A stretch of 64,000 bases of DNA from Vicugna vicugna (lineage: Eukaryota), in the NCBI GenBank assembly GCA_013265495.1, contig MU058844.1, positions 3,539,895 through 3,603,894 on the forward strand. The letters run 5' to 3'. The notes under the pieces were generated by a model. The model saw only the letters and a list, made by a program, of their open reading frames with translations, ran no database searches and was not told the origin of the DNA. Shown in pieces: positions 49,040 through 63,311 of the stretch. Within the stretch, counting starts at the first letter, position 1; every line of letters begins with the position of its first letter. The translations under genes and the position numbers were made by a program.

Positions 49040-49450
49040 TTTTTTTCCTAAACAATGCAATTCAAATCAGTCCTACAATGGACACCAATTGCACCTAGAA
49101 GCAGAAACTCAGTCATCATATGACTTATAAGAAACTACCTAACCTCCATGCTTTGACCTCCACTCACCCTCTCCCCTCCTTCATTGGGTTTCATCACCGC
49201 CCGGCTTTCTTTGTATTCCTTGAACACACCAAGATTTATTCTACCATAAAATTTTGTACTTGTTGGTGTTTTTACCCAGAAGCTCTTGTCTTCAGCTTTT
49301 CTCTTCGCTGGCCTCATTTTTGTTGTTCAGGGTACAACTTCAATTCCTCAATTAGAACTTTTCTCACAAACAGTCTAAATTAACCTCCTCTTACCTCCGC
49401 TGCCCCTAGCTCAATCCCATTCTATCAGCTTGTTTCATTTGCTTCATAGC
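49040..49450 (+). mobile_element. L2 fragment
   Basis: ggctttctttgtattccttgaacacaccaag...ttgtttcatttgcttcatagca. Confidence 0.6.
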
Positions 49451-49654
49451 AGGAGCAAAATAAATCCTGGTACTAAGACTGTAATGAAGTTTCCAGTTAC
49501 CATGACTACCTTTAATCAACGTCTATATGTCTATATCCTGAATCTGGCTAAAAATGTGGACTGCTGTTATCTGGCATAGATTTTGGACTAATAATTAAAT
49601 CCAGTTATATGAAAAGTCTACCACTCTCTACCAAGGGAAGATTCAGTTTTCACC

Positions 49655-49886
49655 TGTGGTAGGTAGAATTCTAAAATGGCCTCCAAGATTCCCACCCCTT
49701 GGAGTACGTACACTGTACATACCCAGCTTATGCCTATGAATATAAGGGGCTTCACTCCTGTGATTTAGGCTATATTATGTAGCAAAGGGGAAGGGATTTG
49801 GCAAATGGAATGAAGGTTCCACTTGAACTGACTTTGAGTTTATTCAGTAAGGAGATAATCCTGAGTGAGTCTGACCTAATCGGATG
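49655..49886 (+). mobile_element. MaLR LTR 5' half (MLT1E-like)
   Basis: tgtggtaggtagaattctaaaatggcctccaagattccc...gactttgagtttattcagtaaggagataatcctgagtgagtctgacctaatc. Confidence 0.8.
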
Positions 49887-51125
49887 GGCAGCTGCAAATT
49901 CGGAGCCTAAAACATGAACACGACCTACTTCTGTACCAAACACCTCAAGAATGTGAGTAAGTACAACAAATTTAACCATGTTAATTTCATGGTATTAGTG
50001 AAATCAGTCCTTCCAGAAAAATGAAGAACTCTTTATAATTTAATAAGCCCTTCCTAGTTTCCCTCTTTAAAGCTTATTTTTTAAGTATACCATGACCTCA
50101 AAACAGAGGTCCCTCAGGTTCTTTGTATCAATTGCAGTCTGCCAGTGTCTGTCACACGTAGTAAGGCCTCTTTAAACCTTATGTGATAAGAACAATGTGA
50201 CATAGCTCCACAGACCTGGAGCCTGCAAAATAGTAGGCTAGGCCAAAAATCAATGAGGCTGAAGGTAATTGTGAATTTTTTTTTTTTTGGAATGGTAAAT
50301 GTTTTGATGGCAAGACTCTTGAAACTGTTCGGCTGATACAGTCACATATTTGTGTAAGAGACAGCAGGAGGTGGATATAGTGCTAGCCATTAGGTTGTGT
50401 TATGTTTAAAAGGAACATTAATTCTGTTGTTTCTGGTTTAAAAGTAAACTGTATCCACAATGCCTGCCGAGACTCCATCCGATGTTCCGCAATACCCACA
50501 TTCATTAAGCACTTTATTGCCATCTATTCATTTCATCCCTTTGTCAAGCCCAGGCTCATTCCACAGCCACACACCCACCCGGCCCCCCGCCCTGTTCACC
50601 TTGAAGAAGGGGCGCATTTCCCTTCCGTGTGGCTTTTTTTGGGGGGGGGGCTGATTCCTAATTATTTTCCTGCATTAGTTGAAGCTGCTAGCAAAGTAGC
50701 TCCAAGAACAGACTTAAGAGTGACAGATTTTGACTTTCATGTAAAATTATAAACGCGTGTCCATGGAAACAGAAAGGAAAGCAAAACCTGAGATTCCCTT
50801 TCTTTTTGTCTTGCCGTGTGGCACCATGAAAAATAACCAGTGGAAACAGTTGAGAACAATTACGTGTTGCAGCAAATCCAATATCCCAGGTGTCAGGAAG
50901 GCACCGTTCCACAACCTGCGGATTTTTGTCTACTGCTGAGGAGATGTGCTTAAACACCGTGCAGCCGCTATAAATCTCAATGTGCGATGCTAACCTATCA
51001 TAACCTGAAAGCATCCGAATGTTAGGTTTTAAGAAATATTTGTTTGGCTAGAATGAATGTGACAGTTTTGAAATGACAAAGATGCATTTATCTGTGAATA
51101 CTTTATTTATTTATTGGTGTACTGC

Positions 51126-51560
51126 TGTGATGGCTGTGGAAATTTGCCATTGACATTTCCTTCAAGAGAAGCTGCTGGCAAAGCATAGTTGATGGAGACC
51201 CTCAGCTGCCCTCCCTTAGACTCCATCCTAGTGGCCATTTTTTTGATGGCTGTCCCCAGCCAATGACCAGATGGCAGGAAGATCTGGGACCTTTTTTAAC
51301 AACCAATTTTGGCTCAGCAACTCCCCATTCATCTGGTGGAAACTTACACAGAATTGCCCTGAAGGCTGAGACTCCTCTACCCCATCCCCCTTCCTTCTCT
51401 CTTTCTTTCAAAAGTGTCACACCTGCATCTGGCAGTGGGAGCCTCTCCCTGGCTACGCCTGCTCCCTCCTCTTTATCCTTCACTGGTATTCCCCCAACAA
51501 ATCTTTTGCATGTCTCATCACACTGTGGTATCTGCTTTTCAGTGGACCTCAGCTGACACA
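51126..51560 (+). mobile_element. ERVL solo LTR (LTR16A-like), apparently complete
   Basis: TG...CA ends (tgtgatggctgtgg...gacctcagctgacaca); tcccccaacaaatcttttgcatgtctcatc 3' motif. Confidence 0.8.
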
Positions 51561-53084
51561 ATGGCCTTTTTCCAGAAAAGAATGTGAAATGGTTTATGTA
51601 GGGACCAGTAATACAATAAGAGATTTAAAATAGGCATGGAAAATTAGGAAATGGGAAAATAAAGTTAAGAAAGCCGAATGGAGCCCAAAGGGGGTTGTTT
51701 ACAGAATGAATATTATATATGGGTCACATATTTGGCTCCAGGAGTCAAGTATATCTGCCAACAGAAATTGGAAACATGTGAATAATATAATTCCTATTTT
51801 ACAATTTAGAATAATAACAAATAACCTATAGAAGATGTTGGGAAAAGAAAAATTTCTTACTGTCAAAGCAGTTTTGACCATGTCTTGATTATCTGTGTTA
51901 GGGACTTATAGGAGGGGTATAGATATAGATAGCTCATGGTAATTTTAAGAAATCAGTTCCATCCAGTATTGGATACACAAGCATATATTGTGTAAATATA
52001 TAATGTATTTATAGTAGATTTTCTTTTTCTAATGTTTTTCTTAGATTCATATTAACATTAGTTGGCATATATCCTAAATTTTAGGATGTGTGACAGTAGT
52101 GGGAAGAAGTGAAAATATCTTGTGGATCTTTCACAGTGGGAGCCTCATGATAGTTATTATTTGAGAATATGTTGGTACCAGCAGGCCCATCATGTCCTCA
52201 CGGTTCTTCATATAAGTCAAAGTGACCAATGTCATCTCAAGCCAATCTCGGCCTGAAACCCATGTCTGAACAAGTGTACTGTATATTCAGTGGTCATAAA
52301 AATAAACTACTAATTAACTTCACTTATGCACAATATTGTATTCTACTCTGATGACTAACCTTTTACATTGTTTGTTGTGGAAAAGTAACTTTTTGTCAGC
52401 GAAGGCTCTGGGGTTAGAGTAGACACTAAGTTGAGCATAAGTCAGCACTGCAGTTTTGTTGAAAAAGGTCAAACACGACACTAGAATATATAAATATAAA
52501 TGTGGAACCCTGCACGGACAGAATAACACTAAAATGCTCTCTAATAGGGAAGCAGAATAATAGTGCTTAAACACCACGAGCTGGAGTTGATGAAAGTTAG
52601 CCATCATTGTCATATTACCGTCTTCATTTCTATCTATCAGCTCTTACTCTTTCAACCCTTTTTTAGGGGAACATAATTCAGGAAGTTTTAGCCAATTACT
52701 TTGAGCCAAAAGACAGGCAGACTCAATCTACAGTTATTACTGTTGTCCCTCTAATACTTGTAAATTACAGTATAGCTATGATGATTGCTTGCTTCATTTT
52801 ATCTCCATTTAAAAATTATTAGCTCATTACCATATATAATCTTTGCTTTTTACCACCAAACACCATTCCAAGCTTGACTTGGGAGGTCTACTGATATCAC
52901 ATAATGATGTATATTAACTAGAGTCAGTGTTGGAGCATTCAGATGATAGGTCATATGCTAAGCAGTACAATTTAGGGAGAATTCAGGAGTTATTCAGGAA
53001 AGAAACAGAGCTTGTTAAAGCGCCAGAATATCTGTAAGAAAGGGAGATACAGAGCATTTTCCTGCTGGAGAAACCAGAATTCTA

Positions 53085-53745
53085 GCTAATATGGCTTTGA
53101 AAAAAATCAAGGTATCATTTACATACAGTCATATGTACCGATCTTAAAAGTTCCATGAATTTTTAAAGAGTGAACACACTCAGATAAACAGAATCCAGTT
53201 AAAGATAATACTGTGGTCCCAATAACCTAGAAACTTCAGTCATGCCCTGGCATTAAGTCATTAAGGTAGCCCTCAAAATAACCGTTACTCTGATTTCTGG
53301 TCATTGTAGACCATTTTTGCCAGTTTTTGAAACTTCCCTCTGTATAGTACTCACTTTCTTTCTTTCTTTTGTCCTAATTGCTTTAGTTCAACATTACAGT
53401 TGTAAGTTTCATCCATGTTATGTGTAGCAGAAATTAATTTTAATATTTATACAGAATTGCACTGCATGACTTACCCATTCCATTGATGAGGGACACCTGA
53501 GCTATTGCCAGGTTTTGGCAGTTATGAACAATGCTGCTATGAACATTCTTTTATATGTTTTTTGGTGCACATAGATACACTTTCCTATTGTGTTTATCTA
53601 TCCTAGATTATGTTCAGCTTTAATAGATACAGTTAGATAACTTTTCAAAGGAGATGTATCAACTTGCATGATAACCAGAAGTGTATGGCATTTTGTTTGC
53701 TCCATATGCCTATAGACGCGGGATATTGTCACTTTGCCACCTTTA
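53085..53745 (-). mobile_element. Old L1 (L1ME/MD-like) 3' fragment
   Basis: ccattgatgagggacacctgagctattgccaggttttggcagttatgaacaatgctgctatgaacattctt. Confidence 0.75.
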
Positions 53746-56215
53746 GCTCAGATCTAATACATTCCTTGTTAACCAGCTGCCATATTCATGAGACATTGTT
53801 CTGAGATCAAGAAGATTTTGGAGATAGAAAAGATGGAGAAGAAATATTTAAAAGGTTATGAAGGGACGAGGACAAGCAATGAAGCAAAGGAGAGAAGGGA
53901 AGGATTACCTGAGTGAGCTGCAGAGAGACTCCATGTGCATTTTCGGCACCTTCGGAAGAAAACTTCTTCCACCTGATTTGAAGGTCTGATTCCTTGGGTT
54001 ACAAACCTATGATGATGGTGGAAAGGTAAGTAAATAAAAACAGTAAGCAAATGTAGAAAAAAAATTAATAGACCTTCTCTATATCTAAAGGTCTAGAAGG
54101 GAAGTAGTAAGTATTAAATATTTTGTAGTCTTATATATTTTCCCTGTCCGCTGCTTCCATCTAATGCATGTACCCAATATCTTTATGAAGTATTTTTGAT
54201 ATCAAAAAAATTGGAGATGGAAAAGAGAAAAAGGTGATGTCTGATTCCTTCCTTTTCTTTCCTTTGTTCTTTCCCTTCAGACTTCCTTCAGGCTCACCTA
54301 ACACATCTTTTCTCTGGGGCGTGAAGTGAGGGTGTCAGAAGTGGTTCACCACTCTGTGAAATCTCAAAGGTCTGAGCTAAGCCATCCTCAAGAAGCTAAA
54401 GTACTGTTGGCTTATAATGGAGGTGACATGACACTAGATATCTTCTGGGCAAATGACTTTTTGTTGATTCTGTTCACCTAATCTTCTAGCTTTGAAGAAA
54501 AAAAACTTCTAGTTTAATGGCTTTTTGAAGGGAGGTTCCTAAAGGGTTAAAACCTTCCACATACTTAAAATTTATTGTTCACCTGAGTAATTTTCTGTTT
54601 AGTAATGCTAGCTTCAATAAAAAACTGGTAGGGAGAGAGACACCATTGAACATAGAGAAACCGTGTCTCTTTGGGTTGGCTTGCTAATTCTGTGCATCCC
54701 TCCCTCACCCCCCACCCCCTCTGCTAGCCATCTGGAAGAAGGGAACAGGCTTCAAGTTAAATTTGGCGATTTATGAGGCATAGGATACAGAGTTGCTCTG
54801 TTCATTTGAATTGAAAATTGGATCCAATTCTGGAGACTTCACGGTAAGCATCAACCTTCTGGATTGAGCTATAAATCTGGAAATGACTCCGTAACATTAT
54901 TTGCTTTGATTTAATGGGGCAAAACGCTGTCTCACACCTAGCAAAAAAGCAATGGAGCAATAACACTTGAACTGCTGTACTTGTCATCTTTTCTTTCGGC
55001 TAAGAATGCTGAATAACTTTAAAATATTTTTTGCCCAAATTAGCATTAAGTTGAACTGGTCTGATAACCTGGAATCTTTTCCAGGAAACTTCATTGGTGC
55101 TGTTCTCATTATGTTAGCAAGACACTGTCTCTGTTACTATCCTAAATTAGCTGACGGCATGATTTGTGGACTGAAAGTAAGGGGAAAGAGAGGCATACTG
55201 CTGCAAAGCAATTAATACAACATTGCAGAGAATGCCAAAACACACACCTTCTGCAATTACTATGACTTACTTAATCTCCTGTTAATATGTATTCTTATAC
55301 TACTTGGTACTGAAGGCTTGAGAATACTAATAATAATGTTGGTAAGAGCTGGATTTTCACCAAGAGCATTTTTTACTTTGCAAAAGCAATAATGTTAGAA
55401 GCTAAGTGGGTGTCTGTACTTCTTTTTGGCTCTCACAGAGAATTTTCCTCGGGCTACAGGAATATTGGATACTTATTTCCCAGGTAGAACATATCCAAGT
55501 AATTAAGAAAATGGACCTAATCTATGAAAAATAGATCCACAGGCCAGCATGGGTTTAAATATTGGCTGGCTGAATAATCTCTCTTCCTCTTCCTCTTTCT
55601 GTTTTTTAAGACAATGTAGACAACATGGAATAGATAATGAATCCACTCTCTGCACGATGTTAACTTCTGCACCACCCAGAGTCCAAAGGCTAAAGGGGCA
55701 GTAGAGATCGTCTAGTTTAATCTTTCCTTTGTACGGATGAGATAATATGTGGTTCAAGAAATTAACTGGGGTTGAACCACACCACCTCTCTGCTATCTTT
55801 CAATCATCAGATTCTGTATGTAAGTCTATAAAATGAGTTGAACTAGAGATGAACAACCATTGACTGTCATTAGGTACATGTTGTAAGAGCCTATGGTTAG
55901 AGGAGTGGTTGCAGGAAATCCTTTTATTTCATATTTCATATCTTTTACTCTAAATGAGTTAAGGTCACTTTTCTGAGTGCAAAAAAATGAATGTGTGAAT
56001 GAGAATTGGACCTTCTCACATAACATGTTATTTAACAATGAAATATCTTCCTAGCCATCTGGCCATCCACTAATTTACTTATTCAATAATCATGTACCAT
56101 GTGCTTGACAAGGTGATGGTTGCCAAGGCTGCAGGGTAAACAATACAGATTCGGTCCTTGCCTTTGAGTGTGACACTCTGACCAGTGGGGACACAGATCT
56201 ACACAGACACGTATA

Positions 56216-56413
56216 ATATGTTCCATCAATCCTAAGGTACACATTCTGCTGCTGCCCCCCTGCCCCCCATATTTTAATGTATCTGACATCAGGACACATC
56301 CTAAAATTGAAAGAGTGTCATAGCTTAATTAATATCCTGTCTGTTCTCTTCGTGATATGTAATATAGTGGCGTGTCTAATAACTGCTGGCATTCTAAATT
56401 CGATGAACTATTG
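56216..56413. mobile_element. TcMar-Tc2 MITE (MER104-like)
   Basis: Degenerate inverted ends atgttccatcaatcctaag and ctaaattcgatgaactat; internal catattttaatgtatctgacatcagg. Confidence 0.6.
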
Positions 56414-56454
56414 AATATATACATATGGCAAGAACTCTGAAGAAAAAGTGTTAT

Positions 56455-56690
56455 AAGGGAGACTAGCTGGGAAACAACTTTGGATTGGTTGGTGTGGGAA
56501 GATGTCCGGGCAAGGTGATGATTAAGCTTGAGGGAGGAGAAGGACCCGGCTGGGTGAGCAGAGGAGACAGGAGGATCCGAGGAAGACAGAATAGACTTTG
56601 TGAATCCCAGGGTGGGAGACAGCCGGGCCTATCTGGGGACAGATGGAAGGCCAATGCTGCTGGACCATAGCAAGCAGTAGGGTCTTTCAA
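56455..56690 (-). mobile_element. L2 fragment
   Basis: ggaagacagaatagactttgtgaatcccagggtgggagacagcc resembles the L2 piece at ~18890-18940. Confidence 0.55.
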
Positions 56691-57517
56691 AAAGCCTGAT
56701 TCTTTTAGTTTCTTGCAAATGTTTATTCTGGAAAGACCTCTTTCAGATCAGCTGTATTGAAGACTTTCCTTTGTGTTTCAGTCATTGTATGGGGCAGCAA
56801 AGGCTTGCATAGGCTCTGCCACTGCTTGGGAAAATCAGTCCAAATTTAACCTTTTTGTTTGAATGGTTTTTTACCTAAGTGTCAGGAGCACATACAATTG
56901 TAATTGAGCTGAGTAATTTGGCTTTTTTTAAAAGACTGATGTTACAAGGCGATGTTTCTCCTATTTTGGCTTTATTTTTCTTTGATGACTTGCCATTTTA
57001 AAGCAGATACAATATACCTTTTTAAATTGAAAGTCTTTACGGAGAAGGATTATTGAAATTATGTGATTTTAACAGGAAAATAATTTTGCTTGCAATTGTA
57101 CGCACATAAGATAGTGTTAATAAAATGTGGTGGTTGTGTTAATGCAGTTGTAATTCACAGAGGCTCAACTGTGAAGAGCAAATACTTTTCTGCATAAAAA
57201 TAAAAGTAAAGAGTAACAAATAAAATTAAATGTAAATGTAAAAAATACCCTAAAGTCTAAAACAAAGTTTGCTCTTTTAAATAGGGAAACTGAAACCTGA
57301 TTTATAAGTAAGTTTGTTAGCAATTGTTAACTGCTACTATCTCCAGGATGAATGGCTACATATAGTCAAAGAGGCTAATCCACGTTAATGTAGTTTTATT
57401 GTAAAACATTTCTGAATCCTCTCCAGGATGAATTATATACCTCCTTCCTCTGTGTGTGATTGAACAATGATTGGTTTATCTCAGGCACATTTATACAGTA
57501 GTCTAAAACTGAAAGAA

Positions 57518-57620
57518 GGGGGTGGGGGTATAGCTCAGTTGGTGGAGTGCGTGCTGAGTATGCACAAGGTACTTGGATCAATCCCCAGTACCTCCATTAA
57601 AAAAACAAAAAAACAAAAAT
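57518..57620 (+). mobile_element. tRNA-derived SINE, camelid Vic-1-like
   Basis: gggggtatagctcagttggtggagtgcgtgctgagtatgcacaaggtacttggatcaatccccagtacctcc followed by an A-tail. Confidence 0.85.
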
Positions 57621-58924
57621 GAGTAAAATCGAGAAACACTTTTCAATGATCAGATTTAAGGAATACATTCCCAAAAGAGCCACAAAGTATTGCATTACTT
57701 TATCATATTTTAAAAATTGATTTTGAGTTTTTTTACACCACCACTAACAACCCCCCCCACTTCCAACCCCAACCAAAACCTCTACATAAATAAGTGCTAA
57801 ATATCTTCACTACTTGACTCTCATCATTTTTTCCATGATTGTCTTCCAGGCATCTGTTTTGTGTTCCAATTTTGTTTTGCTAGAGGTAATTTTATATAGG
57901 CTTTTCTGAATGGTGCATCCACTTTAAAATCCAGGTGCATATTTGCATGAAAGCATTTACAGAAAATAAAGACGATCCTATGAAGAGGAGGAATGACTGA
58001 GATCTTTAATGAAAACAGTGCGGTTTCTTAAAAGAGTGGTTCGTTGCCAAATTAGATGTAGGTGGGGTCAGGTCTACCTCCATGTGTGCTGTGCTGAGGC
58101 TACTGAGAAGAAATTGTCTCTATGAAGATCCAACAATATTTAGAAACTAGCCGTAAACTCTGCTGTTTCCCAGGAAGTGCAGTAGTTTAACTGAAAACTC
58201 CTCCATTCTGCTGGGATTTAATTGACCACACATGGTGGAGAATGAGAGGGAAACTCAGCGGAATACATTCAGTTCCTCTGAGTAAAAAGTCATCCAACCT
58301 AAACAGGAAGGAGCAAAATGTGAACGCTAGAGGATGGAACAAAATTGCTCTAATTTCCAAGGTGGAAAGACTCAGATGGCTTTGTATTTTCTTTAAGTTT
58401 TTCACATAGAAATGGAAAAGCAGCAAAGCCCAGCTGAAAAGACTACATTTAAAATAAAATATGGAAAACTTTAAAAACAGAGCTCTGACAGTGAAAAGGG
58501 GGAAAATAACTCTTGAAATTTTACACTTAATAATTCATGTTTAATTCAAATAGAGATGATAAACGTGTTAAATGTGTAGTAACTGGCTAAAACCCTCATG
58601 TGACATCACATACATCAATTGTGACTGTGCACTTAGATTTAGAATCAAATTGTTCGATTATTTAACTAATATGAGTGCTTTTCATTGGGGGCTACTAGCA
58701 TTGCAAAATGGTGTTAATAGACCTGGTGAAACAAAGAAATTTAAAAAAGCTCCTAATGAGAATAGCAAAAGCAAGGCATTAAGTCCACAAGAGAACTAGC
58801 CACAAGTAAGCTGCTACTATAATGGGGTTTTTATAGATTAAAGACACATTTCCATACATGTATGAACCACTTTTCCTGTTAGTAGGTAGAGGATGAAGTA
58901 GAATACCAACACAGGAGTAATATC

Positions 58925-59140
58925 ATTGGTTTTCAGTCTTGTATCTGCCTAGCTTGTGACCTTGGGCACACCAGCATAACTTTCTGAACCATTGGTTTTT
59001 TATTTAAAAGAATGGAGAAGGATCAAAACATTTCCTGTGACACTTCCTATGAGATTCAGGTAAGAGAATGCATATCAGCACGTGGTAAATGTATCATTAA
59101 AGCATCAATATCAATAAAGAGATACGTTATCACTATTATT
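58925..59140 (+). mobile_element. MIR SINE
   Basis: ctagcttgtgaccttgggcac...aactttctgaacc...ctatgagattcaggtaagagaatgcat. Confidence 0.7.
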
Positions 59141-62100
59141 ATTGTTGTGCTAAAAATTTATGATAGGCAGAAAAGTGTTGACCTACAGTGCTGGCTTCTA
59201 CTGCTAAAACAAGTCCATGTTTCTTTCCAGGCCTCCAAGAACTGCCAAACTCTATCGTTCACATTGGTCTCTCCAAAAGGTGATGACGAAATCATTTAAG
59301 TTAGACAGCCAAGAGTTAGCTCTGAGAATTAATTTTGGCTAATTGTACTCAAGATATTTAAGTTTGTCAACAGTTTTTGTTCTCCCAAATGTTTCATAAG
59401 GTTAGGAATTTAAAAAAAGAGAGGTCTTCTTGATACAGTCTTTCCTTCTTTTCCCTTTGGGAAACATCACTTTGCTTCACTGCCTTCATGCCGAAGTTGG
59501 CCAGGCTTGCAGTCTGGGAACAAACACAGAAAAGTCCCTCCCTGACTGTAAGGAAAGAACACCCCAGGGAACTGATTCCTCCCATCCTAGTCTCAAAGGC
59601 CAGATGGGCTCTAGACAAATCCTGAGAGTGCAGGCAGTCTGGGGTAGTGAGGGTCAGCTGTGGTGCTGGAAAGTCCCTCTCTGAAAGACACGTGGGGTAT
59701 CCAGAGTTTGGGGGCAGAAGAGGTCAGAAATGGGACTAACTTGGTGGATTTTGGCTTGTGTTCCTACAGACAGAAGCGTACTGCTTCTTAAGGAGCCAAA
59801 CCCCAAGGGTCGCTGATTAGTGGGCTTCATGGTACAGGTAAGGTTACTAAGTTGCATTGGTTCCCATAACTTTTGTTGCACACCTTATGTTTACAAAAAA
59901 GCTCTTTTCCAACAAGTTCTTTTCATTGGGGGATTATTGTCAATTAACTGAGCATGACAGGGAATGAAAAAGATTTTTTGTTTACTCTAAGGCCAAAGAT
60001 GCAGACTCAGGAGGATGTGGTGAAAGATTCTACTTCCTGTCTATTCAAAGAATGTGAATAGACAGTTTACGTAATAGAAAATCCGGTAGGCTCACATGTG
60101 GCAAATCATATACAGCCTTGTTCGCAAATAACAAAATGCAAAATGAAACAAGTTATGGCATATTTGAAAGTAGATTAAACTCACCAAAGTAAACAATGAG
60201 AAAACTCTAAAATTGAATTCTTTCTGGAGATCAGTGTGTCTAGGCTATGTGCTATGGTGGAAAAAAGCTATTACATTTGGAATGTGAAATCTTAAATTTG
60301 ACCTAAACCATAGACAAGTTATTTACCCCTTTGAAGTTCCATTTTTTTTCTCATCTTTAGAAGTGTGAATAATAGTATCTATCAATCTTATTATAAGGTT
60401 TATAACAGATTCAAATAAGTGAATGGAAGAAATTTTCAAATGGTAAATCTGTGTATAAATATGTTTTTCTTTCTGTATTTATTAACAGATTAATAAGACA
60501 GGTGACAGATTCCAGTTGCTTTGTATCCTTTTCAGAAGCAAGTGGGATACAATTTATGCTAAACATATTTAGCAATTTCACTTTTGGACATTGTCAATGA
60601 ACTGGCTAAATAAACTGTCTCAAAATAATATGAAAGCATTAATTACTAATAAAAATTATAATTTTGTGGACACCATACATTCACAATAAATTCAGATTTA
60701 ACCATGTTCCTCTCATTTTGTTGGGTGATTTTGTAATGTTAGCATAATTTAATCCACAAAGCAATCTTGAGAGGTAGACATTATTTTTCCTGTTTTAACA
60801 TATGGGGAACTGAAGTGTGTCTGAGTTCATTTAGTAGGGTGATATTTACAAAAAAATATAGTTAATTGAAAAAAGCTGAAAAAAAGGGCAGTATACGTGC
60901 GTTTTACTTAACATTATATGTGAATATCTATGAGGACCTTAATAAAGAATAGAAGGCAGTTTGAAGAAACAGAAATGGTTTGGAATAGAATAAATATCAA
61001 AACATTTTAAAATCACTATGCCTTTTATAAATTCTAAGATAAAATGATACCCTCAAGGAAAATTTTGTTAGTATGATTAAAAAAAAAAAACCCACCAAAA
61101 TAAGGCACTATTACCCCAAGGGAAAATTCGTTTAAAAATCATTTAAACTCTAAAAGATATTAGTATAATTTAATAGTAAAACCAATCTTGCCACAAAACC
61201 AGAGACACTGTGACTTAACCTGACACCTAGGGGACAAGGGGAGTTCAGATGATAACCTCCCTGAAAACTAGAAAGAAAAATGGCAGGGGTAAATCATGTC
61301 ACTTATCTTCCCCTAACAAAGGCAGAAACACAATCCTGGAGCATTCTGTGTGTCAGTTAACAGTTAATATGTTATCTGCTCAGTGACATTAAGATGTGGT
61401 TCCTAAAGCCCTTTACAAAGACGTTGGCTCTGATGAGTGACAGACAACAAGCTGGGGCAGGCTGGTGAAAGAAATTCAATTATATTGCTTCTAAACTGTG
61501 CATCCTTTGGGTTGAACTCAGATTCAAATACCAAAGAGTAACATTCGACCCTGGATTTTTTTTAGGCAATGCTGAGAGATTTCAGGATTTTGTCTGTGCT
61601 GGAGAGGTACACACTTCAGGGCAATCAGGTGGCAGGATCCACAGAAGAATGAATGCCCTTGAATGAGGAGGATGAGGGCTGGCGTTTGTGGTCTAAGAGG
61701 CATTTCAGAAGCAGGCAGGTCACTCTGGGCCTCAATAGATAATTCTATGCATAATAGAACCAGAGCAGGGATGGCTTTTGTCTAAAGAGTAATTCGAAAA
61801 ACAGCTGTTCTCTTTGTTTACTCAAGTAGACTGGTCTCCAAGGGGTGGGGGCAGGGGGACGTTCATGCATCTCAGAGGTTGGCTAAAGGCAGTAACAGCG
61901 TCTGGAAAGAAAATCCTAGAACTGTTATTTATTGCTGTCTAAAAATGTCAGAAAGAGATTCAGCTTACTAGCACGTGTAGAACGGTTGGTGCCAGTACTC
62001 CCCAGCAGCCTTCCTGGTTGGGATGTTGGGTAGCCTTGTACTTCGAACAGTGTAGAGGGTTTCCTGAGTGGGGACTGGAGGTCCATATAAGGCGGAGATG

Positions 62101-62451
62101 CAGAGGAGGCCATTATTCTCACTCTTTTGTTTGCTTTTAGAATATTTCAAAGCAGGATTTAATAAGTGGCTTTTCAGATTGCATTATCCTGTTTTCACTG
62201 AATGAATGCTCACCAAATAGACACGTAGCCTGAAAATGCCCCTTGCAAAGAAATTGCAGATTAAAAAATACTAATCTTGTAAGCACAAGTGAGCAATGGT
62301 AAGATTAGAGAGGTGGCTTGCTGCTTACTCCTCATATGAGACATACGACAATGGGAAAGCAATGATCAAAACTGATCTATCAAGAATGAAGGTACGTTTT
62401 TTCATTTATCAATAAATGATTTAACATTTAAAATATGGATCCACATCCACT

Positions 62452-63020
62452 ATTTTTTTCAGCTTTATCAAGGTACAACTGACAAATAAAATTGTAAGAT
62501 ATTTAAAACAGACAACATGAAAGTTTGATAAATGTATACATTGTAAAATGGTTCCCCACATCGAGTTAACTAACTCATCCATTGCCTCACATATTTACCC
62601 TTTTTTTCTTTTTTGGTGAGAACATTTTAAGTTCTACTCTCTTAGCAAATTTGAATTATACAATACAGTATTATCAACTTCAGTCATCATGTGATGCATT
62701 AGTTCCTCAGACCTTATTCATCTTATAACTGAAAGTTTGTATATTTTACCAACCTCTCCCCATTTCCACTACCCCCCAGCACCTGGCAACCACTTTTCTA
62801 CTCTCTGTGTCTATGAGTTCAACTTTTTTTTCTTTCTTTTTTTTGATTCCACATAAAAGTGATTCTCTTTGGCTTATTTCATTTAGGTTCATCTGTGTTG
62901 TTACAAATGACAGGATTTCAGGTTCATCTGTGTTGTCACAAATGACAGGATTTCAGATTCATCTTTGTTGTCACAAATGACACGATTTCCTTCTTTTTTA
63001 TGGCTGAATAGTATTCCATT
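62452..63020 (-). mobile_element. L1MA-type 3' end with an internal 35-bp triplication
   Basis: T-tail, cagctttatcaaggtacaactgacaaataaaattg...ggcaaccacttttctactctctg...tttatggctgaatagtattccatt. Confidence 0.85.
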
Positions 63021-63021
63021 A

Positions 63022-63311
63022 AGGTGTTTATCAGGTTGGTTTCTTTTGAGGTCTCTTCCTTTGCCTTGTAAATGGTTGTTTTCTTCCTCTTTGTTTATGT
63101 GATCTTTTCCTGCGGGCATATATGTCTTTATCCAAATTTCCTCTTCTTACAGGGACAACAGTCATATAAGATTAGGGTCCAACCTAATGACCTCACATTA
63201 ACTTAATCACCCATTTAAAGACCTTATTTCCAAATATGATTACATTATGAATTATGAGGGGTGGTACTTTAACACATGAATTTTTTGAGGACACAATTCA
63301 GCCCATAATAA
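63022..63311 (-). mobile_element. MaLR LTR fragment (MLT1A/B-like)
   Basis: atttcctcttcttacagggacaacagtcat...cctaatgacctcacattaacttaatcac...gacacaattcagcccataata. Confidence 0.85.

Noticed and set aside
60037..60065. Perfect 11-bp hairpin ctgtctattca / tgaatagacag with a 7-nt loop
   Set aside because: Too short for a pre-miRNA and plausible by chance in 64 kb of AT-rich DNA.
62885..62989. Three ~35-bp direct repeats superficially like a CRISPR array
   Set aside because: No spacers, units are L1-derived, and the context is eukaryotic.
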